A stretch of 64,000 nucleotides of DNA, taken from the NCBI GenBank assembly GCA_965232515.1, contig CBDDPY010000002.1:3584001-3648000 (forward strand). The letters run 5' to 3'. Under the pieces are notes generated by a model that saw nothing but the letters and a program-made list of their open reading frames with translations, made no database searches and was not told where the DNA came from. Made by a program: the position numbers and the translations under genes. Of the stretch, positions 52,834 to 63,331 are shown piece after piece. Numbering within the stretch: position 1 is the first letter of the stretch; the number at the start of each line of letters is the position of its first letter. Source of the DNA: Alphaproteobacteria bacterium (lineage in GTDB: Bacteria > Pseudomonadota > Alphaproteobacteria > GCA-2731375).

Positions 52834-52909
52834 GGCCGACGCCGCCGTTCGGGCTTCGAATGGGCCGCAATCATTCGCCTTCGATATGGCACGCCGATGG
52901 AGGTCGCCG

Positions 52910-53347
52910 ATGTCGCGGACCGGTTTGGCCGTTTTCGACCGCACCCTGCAGGTCACCAACCACTGGCTGAACGAGCTCATCGCCGACCTGGACCTCAACG
53001 ACCGGCGGGCCGCCTACGACATCCTGCGCGTGGTGCTGCACGCGCTGCGCGACCGGCTGGTGGTGAACGAGGCCGTCGATCTGGCCGCCCAATTGCCGCT
53101 GCTGGTGCGCGGGATCTACTACGAGGGCTGGGTGCCGGCAAAAACGCCCACCAGGGAACGCCGGCAGGAACAGTTCCTGGCCCATATCGGCGAGGCCCTG
53201 CCGGCGAATATCGGGGTCAGCCCGGCCGACGCCGTCTTCGCCGTTTTCGCCATGCTGGAGACACATATCTCGGAAGGTGAGATGGAGCAGATCTACGGCA
53301 TGTTGCCGACGGAAATCCGCGCCCTGCGACCCACCGTGGTGGACTGA
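52910..53347 (+). CDS. DUF2267-domain protein
   Basis: FD.T.Q.TN.WL, LR.VLHALRDRL, AQLP.L.RG.YYEGW; GGAGG RBS. Confidence 0.85.
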   Translation: MSRTGLAVFDRTLQVTNHWLNELIADLDLNDRRAAYDILRVVLHALRDRLVVNEAVDLAAQLPLLVRGIYYEGWVPAKTPTRERRQEQFLAHIGEALPANIGVSPADAVFAVFAMLETHISEGEMEQIYGMLPTEIRALRPTVVD

Positions 53348-53454
53348 AAAACGCTGATTTTCCGCCGGTTTGCGTAGGAAGTGCGGCCTCGCTCTGCTAG
53401 TATTTCGGGGATCACATAACTGTCCCCAAAACACCCGAACGAGTACCCGCCAAA

Positions 53455-54612
53455 ATGGACTTTCAGTTAGCCGAAGAGCAGCGGTTGTTTCAGGAATCGG
53501 TGCGCGGTCTGGCGCGCCGGCATCTGGAGGCCGATGCCCTGAAACGCGCGCACGCGCCCGGATTTCCCTTCGACGTCGCCCGCCTGTTCGCCGAACAAGG
53601 CCTGATCGGCATTACCATCCCGGAGGCCGACGGCGGCCAGGGCGGCACGCTGATGGATGCGGTGCTGGCGATCGAGCAGGTCGCGCTGGTCTGTCCGCGC
53701 AGCGCCGACGTCGTCCAGGCCGGCAATTTCGGCGCCATCCGCACCATGGCGGAGTACGCGACGCCGGAACAGAAGGAACGCTATCTGCCGAAGCTGCTGG
53801 CCGGCGAGGCGATCATCGCGCTCGGCATGACGGAAGCCAACGCCGGCTCGGCCGTCACCGACCTCAGCACGTCAGCCCGGCCCGACGGCGACGGTTTCCG
53901 CGTTACCGGCGGCAAGGTCTTTACCAGCAATTCGCCCGACGCCGACGTCTTTCTCGTCTACCTGCGCTATGGCGAGGGCATCGGCGGCATCGGCTCGGTG
54001 CTGATCGAGCGCGGCATGGACGGCTTCGAGTTGGGCCAGCCGTCGACCTACATGAACGGCGAGGAATGGTGCGCGCTCTATTTCGACAATGTCTACGTGC
54101 CGCCCGAGAACGTGCTGCTGGGACCCGGCGGCTTCAAGCAGCAGATCGCCGGCTTCAACGCCGAGCGCATCGGCAACACCGCGCGCTCGCTGGCGCTCGG
54201 CCAGTTCGCCTTCGAAACCGCCCGCGAACACGCCATGACGCGCGAGCAGTTCGGCCGCCCGCTCTGCGATTTCCAGGGCATTCAGTGGAAATTCGCCGAC
54301 ATGCAGGTGCAGATCGACGCCGGCCGGCTGCTGCTCTACCGCGCCGCCATCAATGCCGACCGCGGCCTGCCGTCGGCGCAGGAGACCTCGATCGCCAAGG
54401 CCTTCTGCAACCGCGCCGGCTTCGACATCTGCAACGAGGCCATGCAGGTCATGGGCGGCACCGGCTATTCCAAGGAATCGCTGGTCGAATACTGCTTCCG
54501 CAAGTCACGCGGCTGGCAGATCGCCGGCGGCTCGACCGAGATGATGAAGAACCGCATCGCCGAAGGCGTCTTCGGCCGCCGCTTCTCCCAACGCCCGCCG
54601 AAGGCGTCGTGA
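53455..54612 (+). CDS. Acyl-CoA dehydrogenase family protein
   Basis: MTEANAGS, GKVFTSN, REQFGRPL.DFQGIQWKFADM, Q.MGG.GY, IAGGSTE. Confidence 0.9.
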   Translation: MDFQLAEEQRLFQESVRGLARRHLEADALKRAHAPGFPFDVARLFAEQGLIGITIPEADGGQGGTLMDAVLAIEQVALVCPRSADVVQAGNFGAIRTMAEYATPEQKERYLPKLLAGEAIIALGMTEANAGSAVTDLSTSARPDGDGFRVTGGKVFTSNSPDADVFLVYLRYGEGIGGIGSVLIERGMDGFELGQPSTYMNGEEWCALYFDNVYVPPENVLLGPGGFKQQIAGFNAERIGNTARSLALGQFAFETAREHAMTREQFGRPLCDFQGIQWKFADMQVQIDAGRLLLYRAAINADRGLPSAQETSIAKAFCNRAGFDICNEAMQVMGGTGYSKESLVEYCFRKSRGWQIAGGSTEMMKNRIAEGVFGRRFSQRPPKAS

Positions 54613-54628
54613 CCAGCGGGCCCGCAGG

Positions 54629-56716
54629 ATGACCGATCCGTCGCTGGCCCGGGCCCTGCTCAAACCGCGCAGCATCGCGCTGGTCGGCGCGTCGGCGGAT
54701 CCGGCCAAGACCAGCGCCCGGCCGCAGCGGTATCTGCAGAAACATGGCTATGCCGGCCGGCTGCTGCCGATAAATCCGGGCCGCGACGAGATCTTCGGCG
54801 TGCCGAGCTATCCCAGCCTCGGCGACGCGCCGGGCCCGATCGATCACGCCTTCATCATGCTGAACGGCGCGGCCGCGGTGTCGGCCATCGAAGACTGCGC
54901 CAAGCTCGGCATTCCCTGCGCGACCCTCCTGGCTGGCGGCTTCGCCGAGGCGGGCGCGGACGGGCAACAACGGCAGGACGCCCTGCTGGCGACGGCACGC
55001 GCGGGCGGCGTGCGCCTGCTGGGACCCAACAGCATCGGCCTGATCAACATCGCCGACCGCGTCACCTTGAGCGCCAATGCCATGCTCGAGCTGCCCGAGC
55101 TGACCGCCGGCCGCTTCGGCGTAATCTCGCAGAGCGGCAGTCTGATCGGCGCGCTGCTGTCGCATGGGCAGGCGCGCGGCATCGGTTTCTCGGCGCTGGT
55201 CTCCGTCGGCAACGAAGCCGATCTCGGCGTCGGCGAGATCGGCGAGATGCTGGTCGACGACCCCAATACCGACGCCATCCTGCTGTTCCTGGAAACGCTG
55301 CGGTCGCGCGAGGCCGTCGCCGCCATGGCCCGCCGCGCCGATGCCGCCGGCAAGCCGGTGATCGCCTACAAGCTCGGCCGCTCCGAGGTCGGCCAAGCAT
55401 TGGCGCAGTCGCACACCGGTGCCATCGCCGGCTCCGATGCGACCTTCGATGCCTTCGTGCGCCAGCACGGCATCGCCCGCGTACAGACCTTCGAAGCGCT
55501 GATCGAGACCGCGCCCTTGTTCGTCGGCCGCCAGCCACCGGCCGGCCGGCGCGTCACGGTCGCCACCACGACCGGCGGCGGCGCCGCCATGGTGATCGAC
55601 AATCTGGGCGCGCTGGGTATCGAGGTGCTGCCCGCGTCGGACGCCGTGCAGCAACGGCTCGCCGCGGCCGGCGTCCCGCATGACGGCGGACGACTGGTCG
55701 ACCTGACGCTCGCCGGCGCCAAGCCGGAGATCGTCAGCGGCGTGATCGGCGACCTGATGGCCATGCCCGATTGCGACGCGGTGGTGATGGTGGTCGGCTC
55801 ATCGGCGCAGTTCCGGCCCGAGCTCGCCGTGGCGCCGCTGGCGCAATGGGCCGACTCGCCCAAGCCGCTCGCGGTCTACCTCGCGCCCAAAGCCGCCGAG
55901 TCGCTGCGGCGACTGGTGTCCGACGGCATTGCCGCCTTCCGCACACCCGAATCCTGCGCCGACGGCCTCGCCGCCTTCCTGACCCGACGTCCGCCCACTG
56001 AAACGGCCGTCAGCGATACGGCCGCCGTCGCCAAGGCCAAACAACAGCTTGACGCGATCGCGCCTGACGCGCTCGATGAAGCTGCCGCCATGGCCGTGTT
56101 CGCGGCGCTCGGCATTCCCACCGCCCCAACCGAGCGGGTCGCCAACGCCGATGCGGCCATCGACGCCGCCGCGCGGATCGGCTACCCCGTCGCGGTGAAG
56201 GTCGCCGCCGCCAGCATCGCGCACAAAACAGAGGCCGGCGGCGTGGTGCTCGATATCGGCGACGCCGAGGCGCTGGCCGCGGCCTGCGGGCAAATCCTCG
56301 AAAAGGCGCGTGCCACGGCGCCGGACGCCGGCCTCACGATCCAGAAGATGGCGCGCGGCCGGGCGGAGGTGCTGCTGGGCTATCGCCACGATCCGCTGGT
56401 CGGGCCGACCGTCACCCTCGGCGCCGGCGGCGTGCTGGCCGAGATTTATGCCGACGCGGCCACGCGCCTCGCCCCGGTGTCGCGCAGCGATGCGCAGGCG
56501 ATGATCGAGGAGGTCCGCGGCCTCGCGCCGATCCGCGGCTATCGCGGCCTGCCGCCCGGCGATTGCGATGCGCTGGCCAACGCCATTGTCGCGCTGTCGG
56601 CGCTGGCCGAGATCGACGACATCGTCGAGGCCGAGATCAACCCGCTGATCGTCAACGCCGCCGGCGACGGCGTCGTCGCCGTCGATGGATTGATCGTGCG
56701 GCGAGCCACGGCCTAA
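54629..56716 (+). CDS. ADP-forming acyl-CoA synthetase family (CoA-binding, ligase and ATP-grasp domains)
   Basis: PRSIALVGAS, LLGPNSIG, SQSG, GNEAD, SHTG phospho-His, HKTEAGGV, EINPL. Confidence 0.9.
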   Translation: MTDPSLARALLKPRSIALVGASADPAKTSARPQRYLQKHGYAGRLLPINPGRDEIFGVPSYPSLGDAPGPIDHAFIMLNGAAAVSAIEDCAKLGIPCATLLAGGFAEAGADGQQRQDALLATARAGGVRLLGPNSIGLINIADRVTLSANAMLELPELTAGRFGVISQSGSLIGALLSHGQARGIGFSALVSVGNEADLGVGEIGEMLVDDPNTDAILLFLETLRSREAVAAMARRADAAGKPVIAYKLGRSEVGQALAQSHTGAIAGSDATFDAFVRQHGIARVQTFEALIETAPLFVGRQPPAGRRVTVATTTGGGAAMVIDNLGALGIEVLPASDAVQQRLAAAGVPHDGGRLVDLTLAGAKPEIVSGVIGDLMAMPDCDAVVMVVGSSAQFRPELAVAPLAQWADSPKPLAVYLAPKAAESLRRLVSDGIAAFRTPESCADGLAAFLTRRPPTETAVSDTAAVAKAKQQLDAIAPDALDEAAAMAVFAALGIPTAPTERVANADAAIDAAARIGYPVAVKVAAASIAHKTEAGGVVLDIGDAEALAAACGQILEKARATAPDAGLTIQKMARGRAEVLLGYRHDPLVGPTVTLGAGGVLAEIYADAATRLAPVSRSDAQAMIEEVRGLAPIRGYRGLPPGDCDALANAIVALSALAEIDDIVEAEINPLIVNAAGDGVVAVDGLIVRRATA

Positions 56717-56768
56717 TAGACTGACGGCGGGGCAATCGCCACACATCGAGAGACGGCACACGTTGCTC

Positions 56769-56857
56769 CTGGATGCCCGTGTCAAGCACGGGCATGACGG
56801 ATAAGCTATTGAATTTTCTATCTATTCGTCATTGCCGGGCTTGACCCGGCAATCCAG
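56769..56857. repeat. REP doublet with central IHF-like site, copy 2
   Basis: CTGGATGCCCGTGTCAAGCACGGGCATGACG, spacer with TAAGCTATTGAAT, then CGTCATTGCCGGGCTTGACCCGGCAATCCAG. Confidence 0.85.
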
Positions 56858-56885
56858 ATACCCGTGCTCTCAGCGGCGCATCCCC

Positions 56886-59800
56886 TCAATAGCGCCGCTC
56901 GAGCGTGACGCCGATGTCGCTGTCGGCGGTGGCGCCGACCGAGCTTTCGAGCGACAGCCAGGGCAGCACTTTGTACTCCAGCACCGCGCGCGAGCTTTGC
57001 GCCGTCAGGCCCTGGCGCATGCCGAGATAGACGTCGTCGGTGATGTACTTGCCGGCCCTCAGTGTCGCGCTCCCGACGCCTTCGCCCTCGCCGCTCTCGA
57101 TATCGAGCGCGTCCAGTCCCAACGACCGCCGGATGTCGCTGACGATGCCGCCGGAGCCGAGCTGGCCCGACAGCACCAGCGCCGACTGGCCAAGCTGAAA
57201 GGCCTGGACGGCGCTGAGCGAGCCGACATCCTTGCCGAACAGCACGCGCGACAGAATTTCATCCTGCGGCAGCGGCGGCGTCGACAGCAAGGTGACCTCC
57301 GGGCTCAGCACCGGCCCGTCGATGCGCACTTCGGCCGTGATGTCGGCGGCCTGCGCCGCCGCCTGCAAATCGAGATCGGCGTCGACATTGCCCCGCTCCG
57401 TTGTCGACACGTCGATCAGGCCGCGCTGGAACTCGAACGACCGGCCGGCCAGCGCAAACGTGCCGCGTACGATCTCGAGCTGGCCGTTGACGACGGGCCG
57501 GCTGAGCCAGCCGCCGACCTGGAAGCCGCCCCGCCACTCGGAATCGAGCCCCCGCCCGCGCACGAACACCTGGCCCGGCAAGTCGACCGTCACATCCAGT
57601 CTGACGTCGCCCTCGGCCTCATCCGTCGACGACGGAGCCGCCTCCGTCTCTCCAGTCTGACGGTCCGGCGGCAAGTTGATCTCGGTCACCTCGATGCTGC
57701 TGACGCTGACCGGCAGCTTGCTCGGGATCTCGATATCGGCCTTGTCCACGGTCAACGTGCCCGACAACAGCAGGTCGCGAAACGGCCCGGCCAGCCGCAG
57801 GTCGCCGCTCGTCGTGGCATGGACCTCGTCGATCCGGGCGATGCTCAGTGTCGTCAGGTTCACGGACAGATCGACGCTCCCGATGCCCCCTTCGCCGAAC
57901 GTGACAGCGCCACCGCCCGAGAGACGCCCGTTACTGTCGTCGGTCGCGGTCAGGTTCTGGAGCAGCAAGCGCCGCTCGTCGCCGGCGAGCCGCAGCCCGG
58001 CATCGCGTAGCACGAAACCGCTGGCGTCGTTGGCGTAGAAGCCATCCGTCAGGCCGCCCTCGCCCTCGACACGCGGCCGCGCCAACGTGCCTGCAACCGA
58101 GATCTCCCCGGCGAACCGTCCGGTCATGCTGTGGCCGTCGGGCGCGAACAACGGACTCAACCGCGCGATGTCGCCGTCGATCGTCAGGCGTACGTCCAAC
58201 GGCTCGGTCTCGGGCAGAGTGAAGCGATAGGCCACGAGATCGCCCCGCAGCGGCAGACTGCCCGCCACTTGCGCGGTCAGGCCATCGACCCCTTCGATGC
58301 CGGCCTGAAGCGTCGCCTGCCCATCGCGCCAGGCACTCTGCGCCGAGACGCCGATGGGCGGCAAGTCGCCTCCCGCCTGGTCGAGCAGCGTCAAGTCGGC
58401 GATCCTTAGCTCGGCCGTCAGATCCGGGGCCGTCGGCGTGCCGGTCAGCTTGACTTGTGCCGTCGCCGTGCCGTCGATCGCCGGCCCGCCGATCAACGCC
58501 GCGAACGGTCCGACCGTCAAGGCGTCGACCGCGATATCCGCCGCGACCCGTTCGGTGCCCAAGTCCAGACCGCCGCGCACCCGGCCGGCGCCGATGCCGA
58601 GATCCAGGTCCGCGACCGCAATGGCCGTGTCCGTTCGCGTCATCCGGACCGGCGCGGCCAGGCCTAGCGCTTCCCCAGCGAGACGACCGTTGAGCCGGTC
58701 CACGACCGCTTCCACCGTCTGCTCGCGCCAGCCAATGGCGCCACCGGCTTCCAAAACGGCGTCTAGGCTTTCGGGTCCGTTGACCCGCAGATTGAAATCC
58801 AGCGCATTGCCCGCGAGCGCAGCGCCGATGCCCAAGTCTTGCAGGCGCTGACCGCCGACATCGATTTCCCAGGCGACGGCCTGCAAGTCGCCCGCCGGCG
58901 CGTCGAACGGCCGCCGCAGATTGGCGCTCGCCTGCAGGCCGGCCGCGGTCAGTTCGTCCAGCCGCGGCGACATGGCCGTAACTTTGGCGGCCAGCGTCTG
59001 CACATCCGCATCGGCGGCCAGCGTCGCGTCGATCTCGGCGCTGCCGTCGAGATCGACGCCGGCCAGCGACGAAAGCGCCTGCAGGCGCGGCAGGCGCGCC
59101 TTGATCGGTCCGCTGACCAACCCGCGCGTCGTGTCGACCGTCAGATCCGCATCGGCGCTAAGGGCGTCACCGCTCACCTGAAGGCCGGCGATCTCGACGA
59201 TGTTGCCGTCGAGACGGAACGCACCTTGCGCATCCGCCGCCAGATCCCGCCAGGCCGCCGACACCGTCACCTCGCCGGCCGGCGCCGACACCGGCTTCGG
59301 CACATCAGCTGTAACGGAAACCGTGACGCCGTCGATGTCGGCAATCCGGATCTGCCGCCCGTCGGCATTCAGGACAATTGCCGGATCGGCGGGATCGCCC
59401 CGCAATCGCGCCCGGCCATTGACCGCGCCGGCCACATCGATGCCCAGCGCCGGCGTCAGCGGGGCCAGATCGGCAACCGTGACAGCCAGATCCGCCGTGA
59501 GGTCGACAAAGGCGCCATCGACGGCGGCATTGCCGGTCAGCGTAACGCCGCCGCCCGCGAGGCGCAGGGTCTCGACGCGCAATCCGGCGACCGCCGCATA
59601 GCGCGCCGATGCCCGATAGCCCACCTCTTCGCCGACAAGGGCGTCGACTGTTGCGATGCCGGTCGCGAACCGCTGCACCTCGCCGTCGAGCGCCATGCCG
59701 ATCTCGCCGTCGACGTTGCCCTCGATCCGGACGTTGGCGGCCGCGCTGCCCCGCAGATCCGGCAGGTCGTCCTTGGCGATTGTGGCAATGTCGGTAATCT

Positions 59801-61241
59801 CGACCGCGGCGGTCAGGTCCAACGCGCCGTCGGCCTCGATACGACCCGAGGCCGTCGCCGACAGCGGCGCCGCCGTTACGTTGATGGACGCGATCTGCAC
59901 GCCGCCGGCCGCCTCGACCGTCATCGTGTAATCGCCATTCACATCGCCGGCGATCACGGGCGGCGGCACGCCCTCGAGCGTCAGTCCGTCCGCCGCAAAG
60001 CGGCCGCGCAAGCCGATCTCCCCGCCGTCCGCCGCCTTGAAAACGGCATTGCCTTCGGTGCCAAACGTCCGCGCCACGAATGCGTCGACGCCGGCGTCCT
60101 GCGCGGTCACGGCATAGACGGCGGAAATATTCTCCAGATCGCCGTCGAGTTCGACCGCCGCGTCAAACGCGCCCTGCAGCGGCATCTGGGTCAGATCGCT
60201 GAACGGCGCGAGGCGGCCGGCGATTGTGACCTTTCCGGACAGGCGCTCGCCGATCGGATCAACGCGGCCCGAGGCAGCGGCGCGCAGCGCTTCGGTCTCG
60301 ATCCGGACGCTGTCGATATCGATCGGTCCGGTAGCGGAACGCGTCAGCGCCGCCTCGAACGAGATGTTCGGCCCGGCCACGGGCCGGTATGCAATCGGCA
60401 ACGCCGCCGCGATTGCGGCGTCGCCGGCCAACTGCGCCCGCAGGCCGTTTTCCACCCGCGCCAGCGTCAGTTGGGCCCGCGCCGAGGCGACGTCGCCGGC
60501 ATCGGCGTCGAGGGTGAGTGTCAGGTCGTCGACCGGACCCTCGCCCTTGGCCCGCAGACGCACCGCGGGCAGCCCCGGCAAATCAAGCAGGCGCGCCAGC
60601 AAACCGCCTTCCGGCTCCTCGGCCTCGACATCAAGCGACAAGCGGTTGGCGACCGCATCGTGTGTCAGCCGGACATCCGCCCTTGCCGGCGCATCCGTGC
60701 GGCGCAGCTTTGCCTCGACCGCGATGGCGCGGCCATCGCGCGGAATGTCGAGCGTGGCCTCGAGCGTCAATTCGGCCGGCACGCCCAGCACATCCACCCC
60801 AATATCGATCACCGGCACGGACAGATCGTTGACGGCGACATCGACCGGCGGCAGCAGGGCGGCCATATCGACCGGATCGTCGCCGGCGCCGGGCTCCGCC
60901 GATGGTTGCCGCTCGACGGTGATCCGCGCGGCCTGCAAGACGTCGATATCCAAACGACCCCGCAGCAGTCCGCTCGGCGACCAGTCGAGGCGCAGCTCGT
61001 CCGCCCGCAACCACACGCCATCCGGATCGCGCAGCTCGAGCCGCTCGACGGTCAGCCGGTCGGGCACGCGACCCGAGAGACCGGTGACGCGCGCATCTTC
61101 CGCTAAAAACCGGTTGATCAGGCCCTCGACGGCCGCACGCCCCGGCCCCGTATTCGCCGCCGCGAGCAGCAACAGCGGCAGCAAAACGACGAAAGCAAGG
61201 ACGCCCGAAACCCAAAAGGCGCGCCGCCTGATGCGGGTCAT
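56886..61241 (-). CDS. tamB: Translocation and assembly module TamB
   Basis: N-terminal anchor, long beta-rich region, FVRGRGLDSEW.G, P.LPQDEILSR.LFG, GKYI...VY; downstream of tamA. Confidence 0.9.
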   Translation of the reverse strand: MTRIRRRAFWVSGVLAFVVLLPLLLLAAANTGPGRAAVEGLINRFLAEDARVTGLSGRVPDRLTVERLELRDPDGVWLRADELRLDWSPSGLLRGRLDIDVLQAARITVERQPSAEPGAGDDPVDMAALLPPVDVAVNDLSVPVIDIGVDVLGVPAELTLEATLDIPRDGRAIAVEAKLRRTDAPARADVRLTHDAVANRLSLDVEAEEPEGGLLARLLDLPGLPAVRLRAKGEGPVDDLTLTLDADAGDVASARAQLTLARVENGLRAQLAGDAAIAAALPIAYRPVAGPNISFEAALTRSATGPIDIDSVRIETEALRAAASGRVDPIGERLSGKVTIAGRLAPFSDLTQMPLQGAFDAAVELDGDLENISAVYAVTAQDAGVDAFVARTFGTEGNAVFKAADGGEIGLRGRFAADGLTLEGVPPPVIAGDVNGDYTMTVEAAGGVQIASINVTAAPLSATASGRIEADGALDLTAAVEITDIATIAKDDLPDLRGSAAANVRIEGNVDGEIGMALDGEVQRFATGIATVDALVGEEVGYRASARYAAVAGLRVETLRLAGGGVTLTGNAAVDGAFVDLTADLAVTVADLAPLTPALGIDVAGAVNGRARLRGDPADPAIVLNADGRQIRIADIDGVTVSVTADVPKPVSAPAGEVTVSAAWRDLAADAQGAFRLDGNIVEIAGLQVSGDALSADADLTVDTTRGLVSGPIKARLPRLQALSSLAGVDLDGSAEIDATLAADADVQTLAAKVTAMSPRLDELTAAGLQASANLRRPFDAPAGDLQAVAWEIDVGGQRLQDLGIGAALAGNALDFNLRVNGPESLDAVLEAGGAIGWREQTVEAVVDRLNGRLAGEALGLAAPVRMTRTDTAIAVADLDLGIGAGRVRGGLDLGTERVAADIAVDALTVGPFAALIGGPAIDGTATAQVKLTGTPTAPDLTAELRIADLTLLDQAGGDLPPIGVSAQSAWRDGQATLQAGIEGVDGLTAQVAGSLPLRGDLVAYRFTLPETEPLDVRLTIDGDIARLSPLFAPDGHSMTGRFAGEISVAGTLARPRVEGEGGLTDGFYANDASGFVLRDAGLRLAGDERRLLLQNLTATDDSNGRLSGGGAVTFGEGGIGSVDLSVNLTTLSIARIDEVHATTSGDLRLAGPFRDLLLSGTLTVDKADIEIPSKLPVSVSSIEVTEINLPPDRQTGETEAAPSSTDEAEGDVRLDVTVDLPGQVFVRGRGLDSEWRGGFQVGGWLSRPVVNGQLEIVRGTFALAGRSFEFQRGLIDVSTTERGNVDADLDLQAAAQAADITAEVRIDGPVLSPEVTLLSTPPLPQDEILSRVLFGKDVGSLSAVQAFQLGQSALVLSGQLGSGGIVSDIRRSLGLDALDIESGEGEGVGSATLRAGKYITDDVYLGMRQGLTAQSSRAVLEYKVLPWLSLESSVGATADSDIGVTLERRY

Positions 61242-61247
61242 TGCCGG

Positions 61248-63086
61248 CTAAAACGCCTGTCCGAGACTGACATAGATCTGAAAATCGTCGTCGACGCTGC
61301 GCTTGTCCAGGGGCACCGCGACGTCGAGACGCAATGGCCCCACCGGCGTGAAGTAGCGGAATCCGACGCCGGCGCCGAAAAACAGCTCCTCGTCGAGGTC
61401 GGGCAGGTTGTCCTCGTAGACGTTGCCGCCATCGAGAAACACGACGCCGCCGAGCGTCTCGGTAATCCGGGCCCGAAATTCGATCGAGCCGGCGAGCAGC
61501 GCCCGGCCGCCCAATGGGTCGTCCTCCGCATCCAGCGGACCGACGAGCTGAAACTCGTAACCGCGAATGGTGTCGGCGCCACCGGCATAGAAACGCTTGT
61601 CCGACGGCACACCGCGACGGCTTTCGCCGACGATGCTGCCAATGGTGCCGCGGCCGGCGAGGATGAACCGCTTGTCGCGGTCGAGCGCCAGATGCGCGCT
61701 GTCCGAGAACCGCAGCACGGCGAAATTGGCATCGGTGTCGCCGATGCCGGTATAGGGCGTCGCCGAGAGCTGCGCCCGGCCGCCGCTGGTCGGGTTCAGA
61801 AGATCGTCCGTGGTGTCGCGGATCAGCGCCAGCGGCAGGCCGATCAGATTGAATTTTTCGTCGCCGAACTCGTCCTCCAGACGGGTGCGCTCGATGCTGA
61901 CGCCGGCGGAGCCCCGGAACGCTTCGCCAAGCGGCCGGTCGATCACCGCCGAGGCGCCGACCGTGTCGGCGTCGAACGCCTCCGGCCGCTCGCGCGACGC
62001 CGTCGCGCTCAAGATCAGCGACTGGCTGTCGGCCAAAAACGCCGGAATGCGCAGCGATGTCTCCAGCGACTGCGCCTCGGAAGCGGCCACGGCCTGCACG
62101 CGCAGGCGTTCGGCCGAGCCGAAGAAGTTGCGATGCTCCCAGAACGCGGTTGCGCCGAGTCCTTCGCTGGTCGATGCCTTCAGACCCGCGCCGACCGAGC
62201 GTGCCGCGTCCTCGATAAGCGCAATGCGCATGGGCGCCCGACCGTCCGGCGGCCCGGTCTGCGGATAGCTGACCGACACGGACGAAAACAGGCCGCTCCG
62301 CGACAGCGCCCGCCGCGTCGCCCGGACCTGCCGCAGATCGAACGGCGCGCCCTCCTGCCACTGCACGTCGCGGCGCACGACCTCGTCATCCACCGCCGCC
62401 AACCCGGCGATCTCGGTACCGCCGAATACCGTGTAGGCCCCCGGCGCCAGGACGAACGAGACCGAGACTGATGTCATGGCATGGTCCACCACGACCTCGC
62501 GGTCCGCGACCACCGCATAGGGATAGCCGGTCCAGCCCAGACGTTCGATCAGGCGCTGCTGCGCAGCCAGAATGTCCTCGGCCCGGGACCGGGCGCCCGG
62601 CAGCAGGCCCAGTTCGTCATAGTTCAAACCGCCGAGATCGGGCGTCGGCCCATCGCCGCGAAAGCGGATATCGACGCCTTCCAGGCTGAACGGCGGTCCG
62701 GTCTCGACATCGAGCGTCACCGCGAACGCGCCATCGGCCTCGACGGGCGGCTGCAGTTGAAACGCCACCGTGCCGGCATAATAGCCCTCGGCCCGCAACA
62801 CCTCGCGCAGGCGCGCGGTGTCGTCCCGCGCCCGCCGCCGCAGCACGCCTTCCGTCGCCACCGGCTCGCCCTTGCGGCGTTCCAGCTCGGACACCGCCAG
62901 CAGCAGCTCGGCCAAGCGGTCGTTCTCGATCTCCGAGAGCGTCACGTCATAAGTGATCTCGGCATGTGCCGGTCCCGGTGTCAGAACCAGCAGGACACCG
63001 ATGACGCACCGCGCGATCAGACGGCGAAATCGACGCGGCTCTGTGCTTCGCAAAACCAAACTCCGGCGGTATCGACGCCGTTCCAC
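61248..63086 (-). CDS. tamA: TamA (Omp85-family outer membrane protein)
   Basis: POTRA region, HRNFFG..E, RFYAGG..IRGY, G.G.RY.TPVGPLRLDVA, YVSLGQAF. Start uncertain. Confidence 0.9.
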   Translation of the reverse strand: MERRRYRRSLVLRSTEPRRFRRLIARCVIGVLLVLTPGPAHAEITYDVTLSEIENDRLAELLLAVSELERRKGEPVATEGVLRRRARDDTARLREVLRAEGYYAGTVAFQLQPPVEADGAFAVTLDVETGPPFSLEGVDIRFRGDGPTPDLGGLNYDELGLLPGARSRAEDILAAQQRLIERLGWTGYPYAVVADREVVVDHAMTSVSVSFVLAPGAYTVFGGTEIAGLAAVDDEVVRRDVQWQEGAPFDLRQVRATRRALSRSGLFSSVSVSYPQTGPPDGRAPMRIALIEDAARSVGAGLKASTSEGLGATAFWEHRNFFGSAERLRVQAVAASEAQSLETSLRIPAFLADSQSLILSATASRERPEAFDADTVGASAVIDRPLGEAFRGSAGVSIERTRLEDEFGDEKFNLIGLPLALIRDTTDDLLNPTSGGRAQLSATPYTGIGDTDANFAVLRFSDSAHLALDRDKRFILAGRGTIGSIVGESRRGVPSDKRFYAGGADTIRGYEFQLVGPLDAEDDPLGGRALLAGSIEFRARITETLGGVVFLDGGNVYEDNLPDLDEELFFGAGVGFRYFTPVGPLRLDVAVPLDKRSVDDDFQIYVSLGQAF

Positions 63087-63286
63087 CGCCCGGCTGCCGC
63101 GACGCCGCCAACGACCGATTCGGCCGAATCATCGCAAAACGCAGCGCCCGTTACCCGCGGTCCCAACTCCATCCCACCGGCAATAGCAGGTCGCATCGCC
63201 GTCCGACAAGCGTGCGACACGTCCTGTGCAGCGCCGGCAAGCCGGTCAGGCGCACCGGTTTCGTTCGTGGAATGTGGGAAAAGGAT

Positions 63287-63331
63287 TGGCGCGCTCGGGA
63301 AGATTCGAACTCCCGACCCCCAGATTCGTAG
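63287..63331 (-). pseudogene. 3' half of tRNA-Arg(ACG), probable att-site duplication
   Basis: Minus strand CTACGAATCTGGGGGTCGGGAGTTCGAATCTTCCCGAGCGCGCCA: anticodon loop, T-arm and CCA present; 5' anticodon stem and D-arm absent. Confidence 0.85.

Noticed and set aside
58839-61106. 755-aa plus-strand ORF and similar long overlapping frames (e.g. 36307-39866, 51742-53280)
   Set aside because: Shadow ORFs opposite well-supported genes; Arg/Ala/Pro-rich composition typical of non-coding frames
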